A stretch of 64,000 bases of DNA from Vicugna vicugna (lineage: Eukaryota): contig MU061579.1 in the NCBI GenBank assembly GCA_013265495.1, positions 1,981,319 through 2,045,318 on the forward strand. Direction: 5' to 3'. Numbering within the stretch: position 1 is the first letter of the stretch; every line of letters starts with the position of its first letter. A program made the position numbers and the translations under genes. The notes below the pieces were generated by a model. The model was not told the DNA's origin, did no database searches, and was given only the letters and a program-made list of their open reading frames with translations. This document shows positions 13,286-26,500 of this stretch, one piece after another.

Positions 13286-13756
13286 TGCTAACGGTACCGG
13301 TCATCAGCCTGGTCGGGAGAATTAGAGATTTATGTTAAGCCTTAGTATGTGGCCTCTCACATGGTAACTTCTCAGAAAATGTGGGATTATGATATGATTA
13401 TAATTAATTTTGGTTCTCCTATTTTGAGAAAAGACTCCTCATTTTTCAAAAAGGATAACAGGATATCCTTCAGTATCAAGTTCTAGGCATGGGGACAAAG
13501 CTGCTGAACTGAGAATGAAATGTCATTAAATTCCTCAAAACTTAAGAAAACCACCAGCCACCTCCCCCAAAGTGGCTGAGAAGTGCCCTTCCCATAAACA
13601 CATCCTCACCTCCCCCCAAGATACAACTCTAGGACCCAGAGGGGAAAAGTTTGCCTTTGAAAGAATACAATGTTCCTGAAGATTGGAGGAAGAAGGGATG
13701 CCTTCTCTCCCCAAAGCCAAGAGCATCCTCCTGAATAAGCAGCACAGGTCAGTTAA

Positions 13757-14285
13757 TGTCTTAATCTCGAGCTGCTAAAACGAAACTACATAGACTGGGT
13801 AGCTTAACAGAAATTTACTCGGAGAAGTTTTCTTTAAGCTAACAGAATACAAGTTAAATTATCTGACCTTAGTTTGTGACCTTAGTCCAGTCAAATAACT
13901 GCTATGTTTCTTCACTTTTAAATGTAAGTTGTTTGAATAAGGGAAATGTATCTTCTCACAGTTCTGGAGGCTAGAAGTCTGAATCAGGGTGCCTGCATGG
14001 CTGGGTTCAGGTGAAGGCTCTCTTTCCAGCTTTCAGAGGGCTGCCGTCACACTGGCCCTTCCTCAGTGCTTGCAAGTGGAGAGAGCAAGAGACCAAACTC
14101 TCGGGTGTTTCTTTTCACAAGGGCACTAATACCATCATGAGATCCACACCCTGATGACCTCATCTAACAGAGTACTTCCCAAAGTCTCCATCTCCAAGTA
14201 ACATCACCTGAGGGTATTCGGTATACTTTAGCGGTTAGAACTTCAACATATGAATTTTGAAGGGCACAAACATTCAGTTCCTAAT
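13757..14285 (-). mobile_element. MaLR solo LTR (MLT1A-like) carrying a ~130-bp internal insertion
   Basis: 'tgtcttaatctcgagctgct...agactgggtagctt' then 'ctcacagttctggaggctagaagtc...cttcaacatatgaatttt...acaaacattcagt'. Confidence 0.85.
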
Positions 14286-14408
14286 GGGTAAGTTTTGCAG
14301 AGTGGGGACCTTGAGTGGGCAGGGATTGAACCTCCTGTAAGGATTTTGTTTGGCGCTTTCCTCCCTGCCTCATCTTCCAGTGTCAGTGGTCCACCACAGT
14401 AATGAATA

Positions 14409-14471
14409 GCCCTCTTGTGGAAGAATGTTCCAGAAAAATGGCCCTCTTGTGGAAGAATGTTCTAGAAAAAT
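14409..14471. repeat. 32-bp tandem duplication, each copy containing a canonical heat-shock element motif
   Basis: GCCCTCTTGTGGAAGAATGTTC(C/T)AGAAAAAT twice; nGAAnnTTCnnGAAn at 14422-14436 and 14454-14468. Confidence 0.9.
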
Positions 14472-14864
14472 TAAAGTTTTGGAAATGGTAACTTTCTTTG
14501 TCAATCACTTGATGTTCCCACCTTTAACTTTGGAGAGTAAAGTACCCTTAATCTCAACAGCCATGAGTTGAAGAAGGGAGGGACACTCTTCCATGGGAAC
14601 TGCACTTCTGCAACACATGACCTTCCTCCCACACAGGCCCCTCCTATGTCAACAGAAAAATAATTTGGTAGCATGTCACTTTTCTCCTGTTTGGTGCCTC
14701 TCAGCAAGCTAAACAGTGATGTGACAACCACAGCTGGTGTTTTATCTGACAAGAGTGTGTGGGATACTGAACAGCTTTTGTCCCCAGATGTGGGCCTTAG
14801 TCATCAAGCCATGCACTTGGCAATTAACACTACCCTTCTATGAATTAGACACAAGCATAGAAAA

Positions 14865-15045
14865 ATGGCCTTAAATTTTAGCAAGCATCAAAATGCATGG
14901 GGTTTATTAAGCCACAGATCTCTCGGCACCACCCCAAGATTTCTAATTTGGTAGATTTGAGGAAGGGCTTAAAAATTTTGCCTTTTTAATAAGTTCCTAG
15001 GAATGCTGCTGTAACTAGTCCTGGGACCACCCTTGGAGAACCACC
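14865..15045. mobile_element. MER5A-like hAT-Charlie MITE
   Basis: 'caccaccccaagatttctaatttggtagatttgagg...aagttcctagg aatgctgctg...ctgggaccacccttggagaacc'. Confidence 0.75.
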
Positions 15046-15447
15046 AACATATTCTAAGCCCAGTGCATGGTACATTCTCCTATAAAATGGTAAGTCTTCT
15101 GTCAAGTTGGTTTATTACTATCTTCAAAAGTTAAGATTTCATCAATTATATTTTATACTCAATAAAATTAATGCCTTACACTTTTTTTCTACTCCCTTAC
15201 ACAGTGAATGTTTAAAATGCATGTGGGTTTACTGACACTTACAGCACAGGATTTAAGGGTAATAACCACAGGGTTCTGGAGGGCATTTCATGATCACCTG
15301 CTGTTAAGACCATGTATCTTTTATATTATAGCATCTCCCTCTTCAAAAGGAAAGTATAACAACCAGAATGTTAATAAATACCCTGATATGTTCTCCATGA
15401 AGTCAATTTTGCTTAGTCAATTCTAGAGTCACAGGCACCAGCTCTTC

Positions 15448-15699
15448 ATTCAAAAAAAAAAAAAAAACAAATAAAATAAATTATTTAACATCTACTTTTA
15501 CTTATAAGACTAAAAATGCATTTTAATTATGTGAGGAAATGTTCCTGATATCCACATCCAATATTCAGCTTCAACTTTTTATTCAAAAAAAAAAAAAAAG
15601 CCAATGAAATAGATTATTTAACATCTACTTTTACTTATAAGACTAAAAATGCATTTTAATTATGTGAGGAAATGTTCCTGATATCCACATCCAATATTC
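15448..15699. repeat. 133-bp-period tandem duplication with an 87-bp identical core
   Basis: 15480-15566 is identical to 15613-15699; both copies are preceded by ATTC plus a long A run. Confidence 0.95.
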
Positions 15700-18019
15700 T
15701 CTTTTTCTTTTAGTCTGATTTTAGCTTTATTGAATTGGTAGTGATCTAAGTATTTCTTCTTCTAAATATTGCAGGTAAGTCCTGAACTTAGAGGAAAGGC
15801 TATCAGAACTTTAGCTACAGCAGTAGTGGCAAGAGGGCTCTGTTATCAAGTGTGTTAATTATTTATTCACACCTGGTTCACCACTGATTAACAAAACCTA
15901 TTAAGGCCTTCCCTTGAAGACCTTGCTGTTGACATGTATTTGCAGCTGTTGTTGATTTTTTTCCAAATTAGCACATTATGTGTTTGGAAAACAGACAAAA
16001 AACAGCTGCAGTGTCTGAATGCATTTATTATGTACTCTTCTCAAAATGCTATTTGGGTTTCCTAGGAACTGATGAAGTCAGAGTGAAAGGCACTGTTAAC
16101 TTGTGCTTCTAGTACTTTTAGGTCTAGCAGAAACAAAGTTGAAGGAATCACATTAAAACTTCAGCCTTCACTTTGGAAACAGATTCCACAGATTTCAGAA
16201 GACAAATGTTCAATAATGTGCATAAAAAGAAGTGTCACTCCACAGTAGTTTCCCTTTCAAGTCAAGAAAAAGCTAAGTGATTAAAAATGCAGATGGCTTT
16301 AGATGGACTTAAATGTTTATTAAAATACCATTACCTTGACTTTCATATTATGCTATGCTGAATGCTTTACTAGTTTTATAGTCCCTCCTAAAGCCATCTA
16401 GCTTCAGGCTGTAGTAGTAAAATACTACTTTTAAAGGCTGGATTAATAACTGAAAAAATATTTTGATATTTAAGATCTTTATTGTTGCCGCTTTAAAGCA
16501 GCAACAAGCAAAATATCTTCCTGAAGTAAACTAACTGGCATTCAGTCGGGTTTAGAAATCATCCCGTCTCCAAAGGGGCCAGCAGCCACACGGACACAAG
16601 ACAACTTTCTAAAAGTCGAGGGACTGTTTGCTTTCCTCCCCAGATACTGTGCAGACTCATCCCTCTTATATGAAAAGTAAATAAGACAATGAGAGAAGTG
16701 AAGGCATATTGAATTAAATTTCCAACTGCACCTGCTTCTCTCCTCTTCCCTATACTCCAAAATCATGGAAAAATGCTTACTCCTGCTGATCTTTCCACTA
16801 TTCCAAGTTCCACTTTCCAGTAGAGAAGCTGTAGCGTGGAGGACAGACTTGTGTAACAGGCAGATATTCTGTTATCATTGCCAGCCCTGACAATACAACT
16901 TCCATGAAGCTGTACAAAGCTTTTTCAAATTTTAAGACCAAAAATATGCACATTCATCTTTATCAGAGACAGGTGTTGTCTAATTAGCATTCTCTGTTTA
17001 CTTCATGGTTCTTGTCACAGATATGCTTACTAGATCAGACATACACATCTGTCCCTGTTATTAATTATGCTGAAAAACACTAGATCATTTTAAATAAAAT
17101 ACCATAATATATTGTAAGGCCACAGCCCTTTGTTCTTGCTGTCTCCCTACCCGGAAACAAACTTCACATGGTTCTTACCTACATGACACTTGGCTGTGTG
17201 AGCCAAGTTAATGAATGGGAACATGATAAACAGATGTCTATCTTAAGCAAAAAAAAAAATGTATTAGTAGCCCACAGAGTTACTGGGAAAACTAGAACTA
17301 GAAAACCAAGAGAAGTCAAAGTAGTTCTGGTAGGCCCAGCAGCAGAGAACACATCCCCAGCATGAAAGAATCTATTTATCTTTGTCTAATTTGCCTGGTA
17401 TGAACAATTCTACGTAGAAACTTTTGATAGATTCATTCCCCAGCACACTTCATTCCAGCTGGCATGGAAATATGTACCTTGGGAAGCAGGACATTTCTTC
17501 TTGCCAAAAAAGACACAGTTGGGAGCTCCCCAAATGTTAAGAAGTGATATATAATTGTAGGAAGAAGAATGACAAATGCACTCACCAAATGACAAACTCC
17601 CAGCTTAAGCCTGAACTCCCAAATAAAACCTTTCTTAACACTTCAATTTTATCATTTTTTCCCTTTTGACAACCTCAGGATTATCTAGATTTGCCGTCAG
17701 TTTACCACTTGCATGTATTAAGTCTATTTTAGAATTTTCTCACATTTATAGGTTAGCTCTTCAACCAGATTATTAGTTCCTTGAAGACACAGAACATGTT
17801 CTAAATTTTTGTATTTTATCACAACATACACACAACTCCAAACAGAGATAGCAGAGTGATTAATGGCTAGACTGAAGCTGGGCCCAAATGAATATTAACA
17901 AGCATGACATCAAATGAGACAATACATAAGTAGAGTTATTTTTTAAGTGATACTGTTACAGCAAAATACTTATTTAAGGAAACTTTTCTAAGATACTCCT
18001 TCACAATGACTATTATTTA

Positions 18020-18593
18020 TATCTCAGGGATGAATTCCACTTGAATTCCACTTGATCATAACGTCTGAAGACCCAAATAAATACAATTATAAATGAAGGT
18101 AAAGACATAATACCTGATACCACAGAAATACAAATGATCATAAGAGACTACTATAAACAACTATATGCCAACATACTGGACAACCTAGAAGAAATGGGTA
18201 CATTTCTATTAACATGCAACCTACCAAGACTGAATCATAAATAAAGAGAAAATTGGACAGACCAATAAATAACTGAGAAATTTGACTCACTAATAAAACC
18301 TTCCCAACATAGAAAAGCCTAGGACCAGATGGTTTCACTGGTGAATTTTACCAAATATATAAAGAAGAATGAATTAAGATCCTAATCAAACTCTTCCAAA
18401 ATACTGAAGAGGAGAGAACACTCCCAAACACATTTTAGGAGGCCAGCATTACCAATACCAAAGCCAGATAAGGAAACCATAGAGAAACAAAACTACAGGC
18501 CAAAATCCCTAACAAATAGAGATGCAAAAATTCTCAACAAAATACTAGCAAACCAAATTCAACAGCACATAAGAGGCTCGCACACCATGATCA
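18020..18593. mobile_element. L1 ORF2 fragment with inversion junction
   Basis: Sense ORF2 segment ~18066-18593 ('ggaccagatggtttcactggtgaattttaccaa...caccatgatca') preceded by a short antisense piece of the directly following L1 sequence. Confidence 0.85.
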
Positions 18594-18879
18594 GCTAATT
18601 TTTGTTGTGTGTGCAACTCTTGGTTGCACTGCATTATTAATGCAAGACTAGATTTGTTTTTTTCTGTGACTCATATCATTGTGGTAGACTTAAGTTAAAG
18701 ACATCTTCTAAATACAAGTGTATCTGATGTAATCAATAGATATTTTTCTTTTAAATTGTGTACACAGAGAATATTCTAGCCTGAGTTCCTTAAAAAAATT
18801 GAGTATAAAAATTGTGAAATAAGGAAGGATGAGAAGGATTTCTCTGGCTTCTTAATCAGCCATGAAGCAACCCAGAAAG

Positions 18880-19265
18880 TGAATGGCAGATGTGTCCATT
18901 CAGCCGAGTGGTATGTATACAGATCTGCTAAGTGGAGAGACCATGTCTTTGGCAGGGATACAGAGGTACCTCTACCCAGACCCCTACTGTTGCCTATTTC
19001 CATTGGTCAAATTTCTCCTGACAGTCGTCTAACTCCACTGCATTTCTGATTGCTGCTGGCCAACGTGGCCTCTCAAAATCTGGTTATACCTTCCTGCTGG
19101 GTATGGCATTCTTGGAGGAGGACACAAAAACTCTCGAGTATAGGGCCAGCTATCCTAGGTGGAGGAACCCCAGATTGGGGCAGAGGTACTTACTCAGAAA
19201 GCCAGTGTCTGCAGGTTCTAGAGGCAATGCCAGGGGAAATCTGAGAAAGTGCATAGAATGTATTA
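18880..19265. mobile_element. Probable ancient ERVL-class LTR remnant
   Basis: 'tttccattggtcaaatttctcc...ggggaaatctgagaaagtgcatag' resembles old ERVL LTRs; family not resolved. Confidence 0.4.
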
Positions 19266-21104
19266 TGAAATTTTTGTAAACAAGGATTATTTGAAATGCA
19301 ATAAAGCAATGACTATTTGGTGTGTACATGCATTAGCATCACCTGTGGATCTTGGTTAAACCCCGCATAAATGAACTAAGTGATTATGACACTCATCGGG
19401 GAAATCACAATTTAAAAAATACACAAGGTGGTCTTTAGATGTGAGTCATCATCTCTTAGTTTTCTTGTTTGAAGAAAAAATGATTTAATTATAATTTTAA
19501 AAGAGAGGAACACCTTCACAACATAAGATGTCTATCTTCTGTTCAAATATTTGTTATTTTGTTTAGGTCTTCAAAAAAAATTCAAATAATACTAAAATTA
19601 AATGAGCAGTTTTTTACCCCATACACACGCACAGACGTACATGAAGCTACACTATATTAAACAGATGTAAAAAGTTATCCTAGAAATACAAGAATCCTTT
19701 TTTAGACCAGGATCATTTGAATTGTAATCTCATTTAGCCAACTGAAATTTAATACAATTTTTAAAAAAAAATTAATATCTGCCAAATTTTCAAGCATATC
19801 CATTACACATAAAAAAGTATAACTGTGCATCATATTTTTCTAAAGTTTATTAGGGACTGAACCACTATTTTCCACTGACTCTTAAAGAAAGAAAATCAGA
19901 ATGATTATTTTAATTCTAACCTGCTGCTCAACGTACCAATTAAGATTAGAACAACTGTGTTTTTATTTCTTTTGTTAGTTTTAATTTTAGCTGGTAGAAT
20001 GTGAACTGAATATTTTTTCTTTTAAAAAAGCAAATTTTCTTCTTTTTTTCAAAAACACAAATATGCCACTGAATTTGATTGTATATTTATGTATATAAAA
20101 GCTGTCATTTTTACTTCAACTCTTCATTTCAAATCTCAACTCTTTTGTGGGAAAAAATACTTTCCATCCAAAAATCATAAATCTACCCACAGCAAAACAA
20201 TAAAGAAAAGAGGCATTTTGATTTTTTTAAGCATGAATGTCATCTCTATATATAGGGAAACTTAATTGGTTGCAAATATTGAGTCAGATTCTCCAACATT
20301 CAGCAAAGTCTGATTGCAGATGATTTCAAGTCTGTTAACTCTTTCATAGAGGAGTTTCTCTTATATAAACTATTTAAAAATTCTAAATATTGTACTTTTG
20401 GTTATTGGAAAGTATTAAGCTTTGATAAATAAATAAGCCACTATTTTAATGTCTCTAGTCATACACAGTGGCTTTTATTTTTTGAGCTCTTTTGCAATTT
20501 AAAAAAAATATTTTAATGGATTTGAAGCATCTAATTCAGTATTATGAACCCTGTATGTATAAAAAATAGCAACTGATGAAAATGATGATGATAATGATAA
20601 TAATGATGATGTGTTCATGATTTCAGTAGCTCTCACATTCACATTTTTTGAGAAGTTCTTGGTGTATAATGTATTGCTTTTTCTTCTAATAAGAGCCTTT
20701 TGCTACTTCCAAGACCCACACAGGCTTTGAATCATTTACATATCCAATTATGCATTTGTATTGTAAACTTTGTTTTCTAAATCTATATAGAAGAGCTTTG
20801 AATCATTATTTCACTATTTTAAATGCTCATTTTTAAATTTCAATCTATAAATACATGGAACTTTCTAAGCAATTGTGAATCCTTCATGTAATTTCCATTT
20901 GGCAAAAGCCAATCTGCTCTTTCTTGAAAGTGAAAAAAAAAAAATCACCCTTTAAAATTGTAAAATACTATCCTATAGGACTTCATAACATTTTTAATGA
21001 GTTTCTTGCAACTTTATAATGTCCTATTAGGAAAATCTCAGTTCCAAAGACAGACATCAGGAGTATGGACTGCCTCAAACAAATACTGCCGCTGCTATAT
21101 ACAT

Positions 21105-21270
21105 ATGTGATGCACACGTATGACACTGAGCACGTCATTTAGCTGTCCTGTGTTTCAGTTCTTTCCTGTATAAAGCAGAGATAATAGGGCTGTTTTGGGA
21201 ATAAATTTAATGAATATACGGAAAGAAGTTAGAAAAGTGGCAAATAATCTGGAGGTATGTTAAATGTAGG
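21105..21270 (+). mobile_element. MIR SINE
   Basis: 'gtcatttagctgtcctgtgtttcagttctttcctgtataaagcagagataatagggctgttttggga'. Confidence 0.65.
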
Positions 21271-22829
21271 CTTATGTCTTGATTTTTATTATGTCTCACT
21301 GTCATTTGTATGAAAGTTTTTCACATTAACTTATAGTGCAATATTTGCTAGGAACACATGCCATGCTATGTATCAGAGAGGGAGGAGAAATGTCATACTC
21401 TACTGGATGCACTGTATACATACTATGTATATTCCAGCTCTGCCTTTAAAATTTAGTAAGTCCAAGTTGAAACTGAAAACATTAGCCAATATACTTATTT
21501 TTTATTATTTATTTACTGTCAGTCATCCACACATTCTGAACCTTAGATAAATAAATAAAAAAATCACTCTTCTTGAATTGATACATTAATTATACAATAC
21601 TATCATTTGCTCAACAAATAGTATTTATTAAACACTAGTTAGGCACCAAGCATTGTGTTAGGCTTAAGTCATACATGGAAATTATTTAAATGACATCTGA
21701 GATCTACCCATCTAAATATACATGTAAGGAAAAAATTATTATACAAATCAGGAGGGATACTCTGTGTGGACACAGTGCTGGGAGGAATGCTTTTTGAGTT
21801 AAGGGGATGACTGAAAAGGAGAGTCAAGAAAACTCCACAGAAGTATATATTAAATGACATTTAGTAACAGACAATTACCTCATTCTCAATATTCAGTCAG
21901 TTAACAAGACTTATTTATTAATTCCAACTGTCTTAAATTTTTCCTCTCCTGATCTTTTTTATACTCCTTCTCTTGACTCCCTTTTACAGATTCACACTGC
22001 AAACACAATTAGTTCAAAATCCTTAGCTGGCTTTTCTGATTTTGTCTCAACCACATCCAATTAATTATCCTATGAGCTGTTAACACCAATCTAAACTTCT
22101 TCAAATGCTACATACATCATGTTCCTCCTCAAAACCAAAATCCTTGTGTTTAGTAAATCAAATCTCAATTATTTAGCTTCATTTTTAAAATCAATTACAA
22201 TTTAATCTTACTTTGCTTTCTGAATATGTAATCTTCCTCTATCAGCCAATGTAGACTTTCCATTAAAGTTGGAATCAATTCCTCATGACCATGAAGACAA
22301 CTTGTGACAAATCTGGAAGGGCCACCTTTAATATTGTTTCTCTCTCTGTGAGTGATTCTCTCATGCCCATCCCCCATCCATATACAGCCACTCATTGTAA
22401 ATCCAACTTAAGAACTGCTTCCTGCTTAACACTCCTTAGCAAAATCTTTCACTTGCTTTCTTTCACTTGCTTCCCTATCTTCAGGTATTTTTAAACCACT
22501 GCACAGAATTTAGCATGTTGCTATGTGTATTATATGTCTGCTTCCTTGATTTTTACAGGATTCACAATAAACAGATGGTACAAATATAAGATAGTTTGTC
22601 AGTAATTCATTCAAGTAAAAATGACATTCCATGAAAAAAATACTAATTCAGCTCGCAATTGCACAAATGCTTTTCTTGTATGAAAATCATCATACTTTTT
22701 ACATGTACTGGTTCCTACTGTGTTATATAGAATATTAAAAAGATATGTACTCAAGAGTCAATATTTAATAAAATTAATAATTTTTACTGCTTCATCAAGG
22801 ACATTTTTAAAGTGAAACTGTCCTTTTTT

Positions 22830-23053
22830 TTCTCTTTTGCCAGCAAAATATAGTGAAAAATACAATGTCTAACAGTAACTCAGTTTGAAACCATTATCTT
22901 TATCCATAATGTTGCATCATCAGTGCAAACATCAACAAGTGTAAAAGGCAATACCAGTTTACTATTATTTTGAAAGTAGGTTTGCCCTCACCAACATTCT
23001 AAAAGGGTCTCAGGGAATCCAATGTATCCATGAACCGTACTTTGAGCATCACT
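22830..23053. mobile_element. hAT-Charlie MITE fragment
   Basis: End motif 'aaagggtctcagggaatccaatgtatccatgaaccgtactttgagcatcact' is typical of hAT MITE termini. Confidence 0.5.
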
Positions 23054-23584
23054 ATTTAATCGTGTATAATCTTGAGTTTACAGCTTCTATGCTACTATAG
23101 CATGACCTATATATATCCTGATCAGTATAAATAAGTAGGATCTCTACAGACAGCAAGAGCTGAAGTAGTTTTAGTTAGAAGGCAGCACGTGTGAAGGCAC
23201 AGTTGAAGAAAGATTCACAGTATATATGTGCAACAAAAATTATACTTGTGTGAAATGGGGCTTAGGGTACGTGAGAATGGGGGTTAGATTAGGAAGATTA
23301 CTTTTAAAAGGCACAGTGAAAACAAATTTTGAAGAACAATTGACTTCCATGACAAAGAGTTTGTACTTTAGTCTACAGGTAAAAGATAAATATGAATGAT
23401 GGAATGATATAAGACAAATTTTTTAGTAATTATAATATAATGAAGTGGGAGGTGGGAGCGACGGAAATTGAGAGTGGTGAAGTGGGAGATCTTGTGAAAG
23501 CAAAATAAGTAGATTAATTGAAAAATTAAATAAAAAATACCAGTGAGGAAAAATGGTGTTGTTGACTGCTTCTAGTTTAGAAAA

Positions 23585-26500
23585 ATTACCATACCATAGT
23601 AAAAGAAAAGTTTAGTTTTTTGTGTGATTGAAGTTAAATTGTTATCAGCTTAAGACAGTTATAACTACAGGAATTTTTATGTGAGCCTTATGATAAGTGC
23701 AAAGAAAAAACCTCCAGTAGATACAAAAAAGACAAATAAAGGAGAATCAACACATATCCCTACAAATATCAAAGCACAAAGGGAGACAGCAAGAGAAGAG
23801 AAGAACGAAAGAGAGAGAACACAATTAACAAAATGGCAACAGTAAGTTCTCACTTACCAATAATTAGTTTATATACAAATGGATTAAACTCCCAATCAAA
23901 AGATAATAGAGTGATTGAATGGGTTTAAAAATGAGATCCAACCATATGATGCCTAGAGGAGATTCACTTTAGATTTAATAATACACATAGTCTGAAAGTG
24001 AAAGCATGGGGAAAACATACTTCATGGAAATGGTAAGCAAAAGATTAGGCAGAAATTCCTATATTTACATGAGAAAAAATATAACTTGTCAAAAGCTATC
24101 ATAAGAGACAAAGGACATTACATAATAAAAGAGTCAATTCAACAATAAAATAACAATTATTAATATATATGCACCCAGCATCAGAGAATCTAAATACATA
24201 AAGCAAATCATCGGCAGCTGAAGGGAGAAATAGATCAGACAATATAATAATTACAGGAGAATTCAATACCCTACTTTGAATAACGTATAGATCATCCAGA
24301 AAAAAAAAATCAATAGGCAAATAGGAGACTTGAACACTACTATAAATCAAATTAACTTAAAATATATAGAACATTCCACCCAAAGCAGCAGAATATACAT
24401 TTTTCTTCAGCACACATGAAACATTCTCCAGGATTGCTCATATGTTAGTTTGCTAAAAAGCCTTAAAAAATTAAGATCAAAATTATTCCAAGTATCTTTC
24501 TTTGGTTTCTTTTTTTTTTTGAAGTATAGTTGGTTTACAATGTTGTGTTAGTTTCAGGTGTAGAGCAAAGTGATTCAGGTATATATATATACATACATAT
24601 AAATGTATATACATATATGTATTCATTTTCAGACTCTTTTCCATTACAGTCTATTACAAGATATTGGATATAGTACAGTATAGTAGGAGCTTGTTGTTTA
24701 CCTTTTATAAATAGTAGTATGTATCTGTTAGTTCCAAACTTCTAATTTATCCCTCCCCTCCTTTCCCCTTTGGTAACCATAAGATCATTTTCTATGTCTG
24801 TGAGTCTGTTTCTCTTTTGTAAATAAGTTCATCTGTATCATTTATTTTAGGTTCCACATGTAAGTTATTTATGATATTTGTCCTTCTCTGCCTGACTTAT
24901 TTAGTATGATAATCTCCGGGTCCATCTATGTTGCTGCAAATGGCATTATTTCATTCTTTCTATGACTGAGTAATATTCCATTGTATATATGGAATCTTCT
25001 TTATCCAGTCATTTGTTAGTGGACATTTAGATAGCTTCCATGTCTTGAGTATTGTAAATAATGCTGCTGTGGACACTGGAATACATGTATCTTTTAGAAT
25101 TAGAGTTTTCATCTTTTCCAGATACATGCCCAGGAGTAGGATTGCTGGATCATATGGTAACTCTATTTTTAGTTTTTCATGGAAAAAAACTGTGCTATTC
25201 TCCATAGTGCCTGCACCAATTTACATTCCCATCAACAGTGTAAGGGGGTTCCCTTTTCTCCACATCCTCTCCAGCATTTATTATTTGTAGACTTTTTGAT
25301 GATGACCATTCTGACTGGTGTGAAGTGATACCTCACTGAAGTTTTGATTTGCATTTCACTAGTAATTAGTGATGCTGAACATCTTTTCATGTACCTGTTG
25401 TCCATCTGTATATCTTCTTTGCAGAAATGTCTGTTTAGGTCTTCTGCCCATTTTTTGATTTAGTTGTTTGATTGTTATTTGTTTGTGTTTTGATACCAAG
25501 TATCTTTTCTAACCACACAGATTAAAACTAGAAATCAGTAATAGAGAAAAACAGGACACTTCACAAATATGTGGAAATTAAACAACACACTACTGGACAA
25601 CAATTGGGTCAAAAAAATCAAGAGGAAATTTTTAAAAATATCTTAAGACAAATGAAAAGGAAAACACAAAACTTATCAGTACTAAGAGGGAAGTTTATAG
25701 CAACAAATACCTACATTAAAAAAGAAGAAATCTCAAATACACAATCTAATTTTCTAACTAAAAGAACTACAAAAAGAACAAACTAAGTCCCAAGTTATCA
25801 GGAGGAAGGAAATAAGATTACGGCAGAAATAAATGAAATTGAGAACAGAAATACATTTGAAAAAATTGACAAACCTAAGAGGTAGTTTTTTTTGAAAAAC
25901 TGAACAAAATAAACTTCTAACCAGACTAACCAAGAAAAAAAGATAAAACTCAAAGAAAAGTATACATGAAAGAAGATACATTACAATGGATGTCACAGAA
26001 ATTAAAAAAGATCATAAAATGTTACAAAAAATTATATACCAACTGGACAACCTAAGACATGGATAAATTCCTATAAACATACAACATACCAAGACTGAAT
26101 CGAGAAGAAAAAGAAAGTCTGAATAGACCAAAAATAAATAAGGAGATTGAATTAGAAACAAAGAAAAGCCCAGGACCATATGACCTCACAGGTGAATTCT
26201 ACAAAACATTTAAATAAGAATTAACAGCAATTTTTCTTATACCCTCCAAAAATTTGAAGAAATACCTCTAAACTCTTTCTCTGAGGCTGGAATTACCCTG
26301 ATACCAATACCAGACAAAGACAACACAAGAAAACTACAGGCAAATATCCCTGATAAATACGAATGCAAAAATCTAGGACACAATATTAGCAAACAGAATT
26401 TAAAAGCACATTAAAAAAATCATACACCATGGCCAAGTGGGATCTATCCCTGGGATACAAGGATGGTTTAACATAATAAAATCCGTAAGTGTGATAAACC

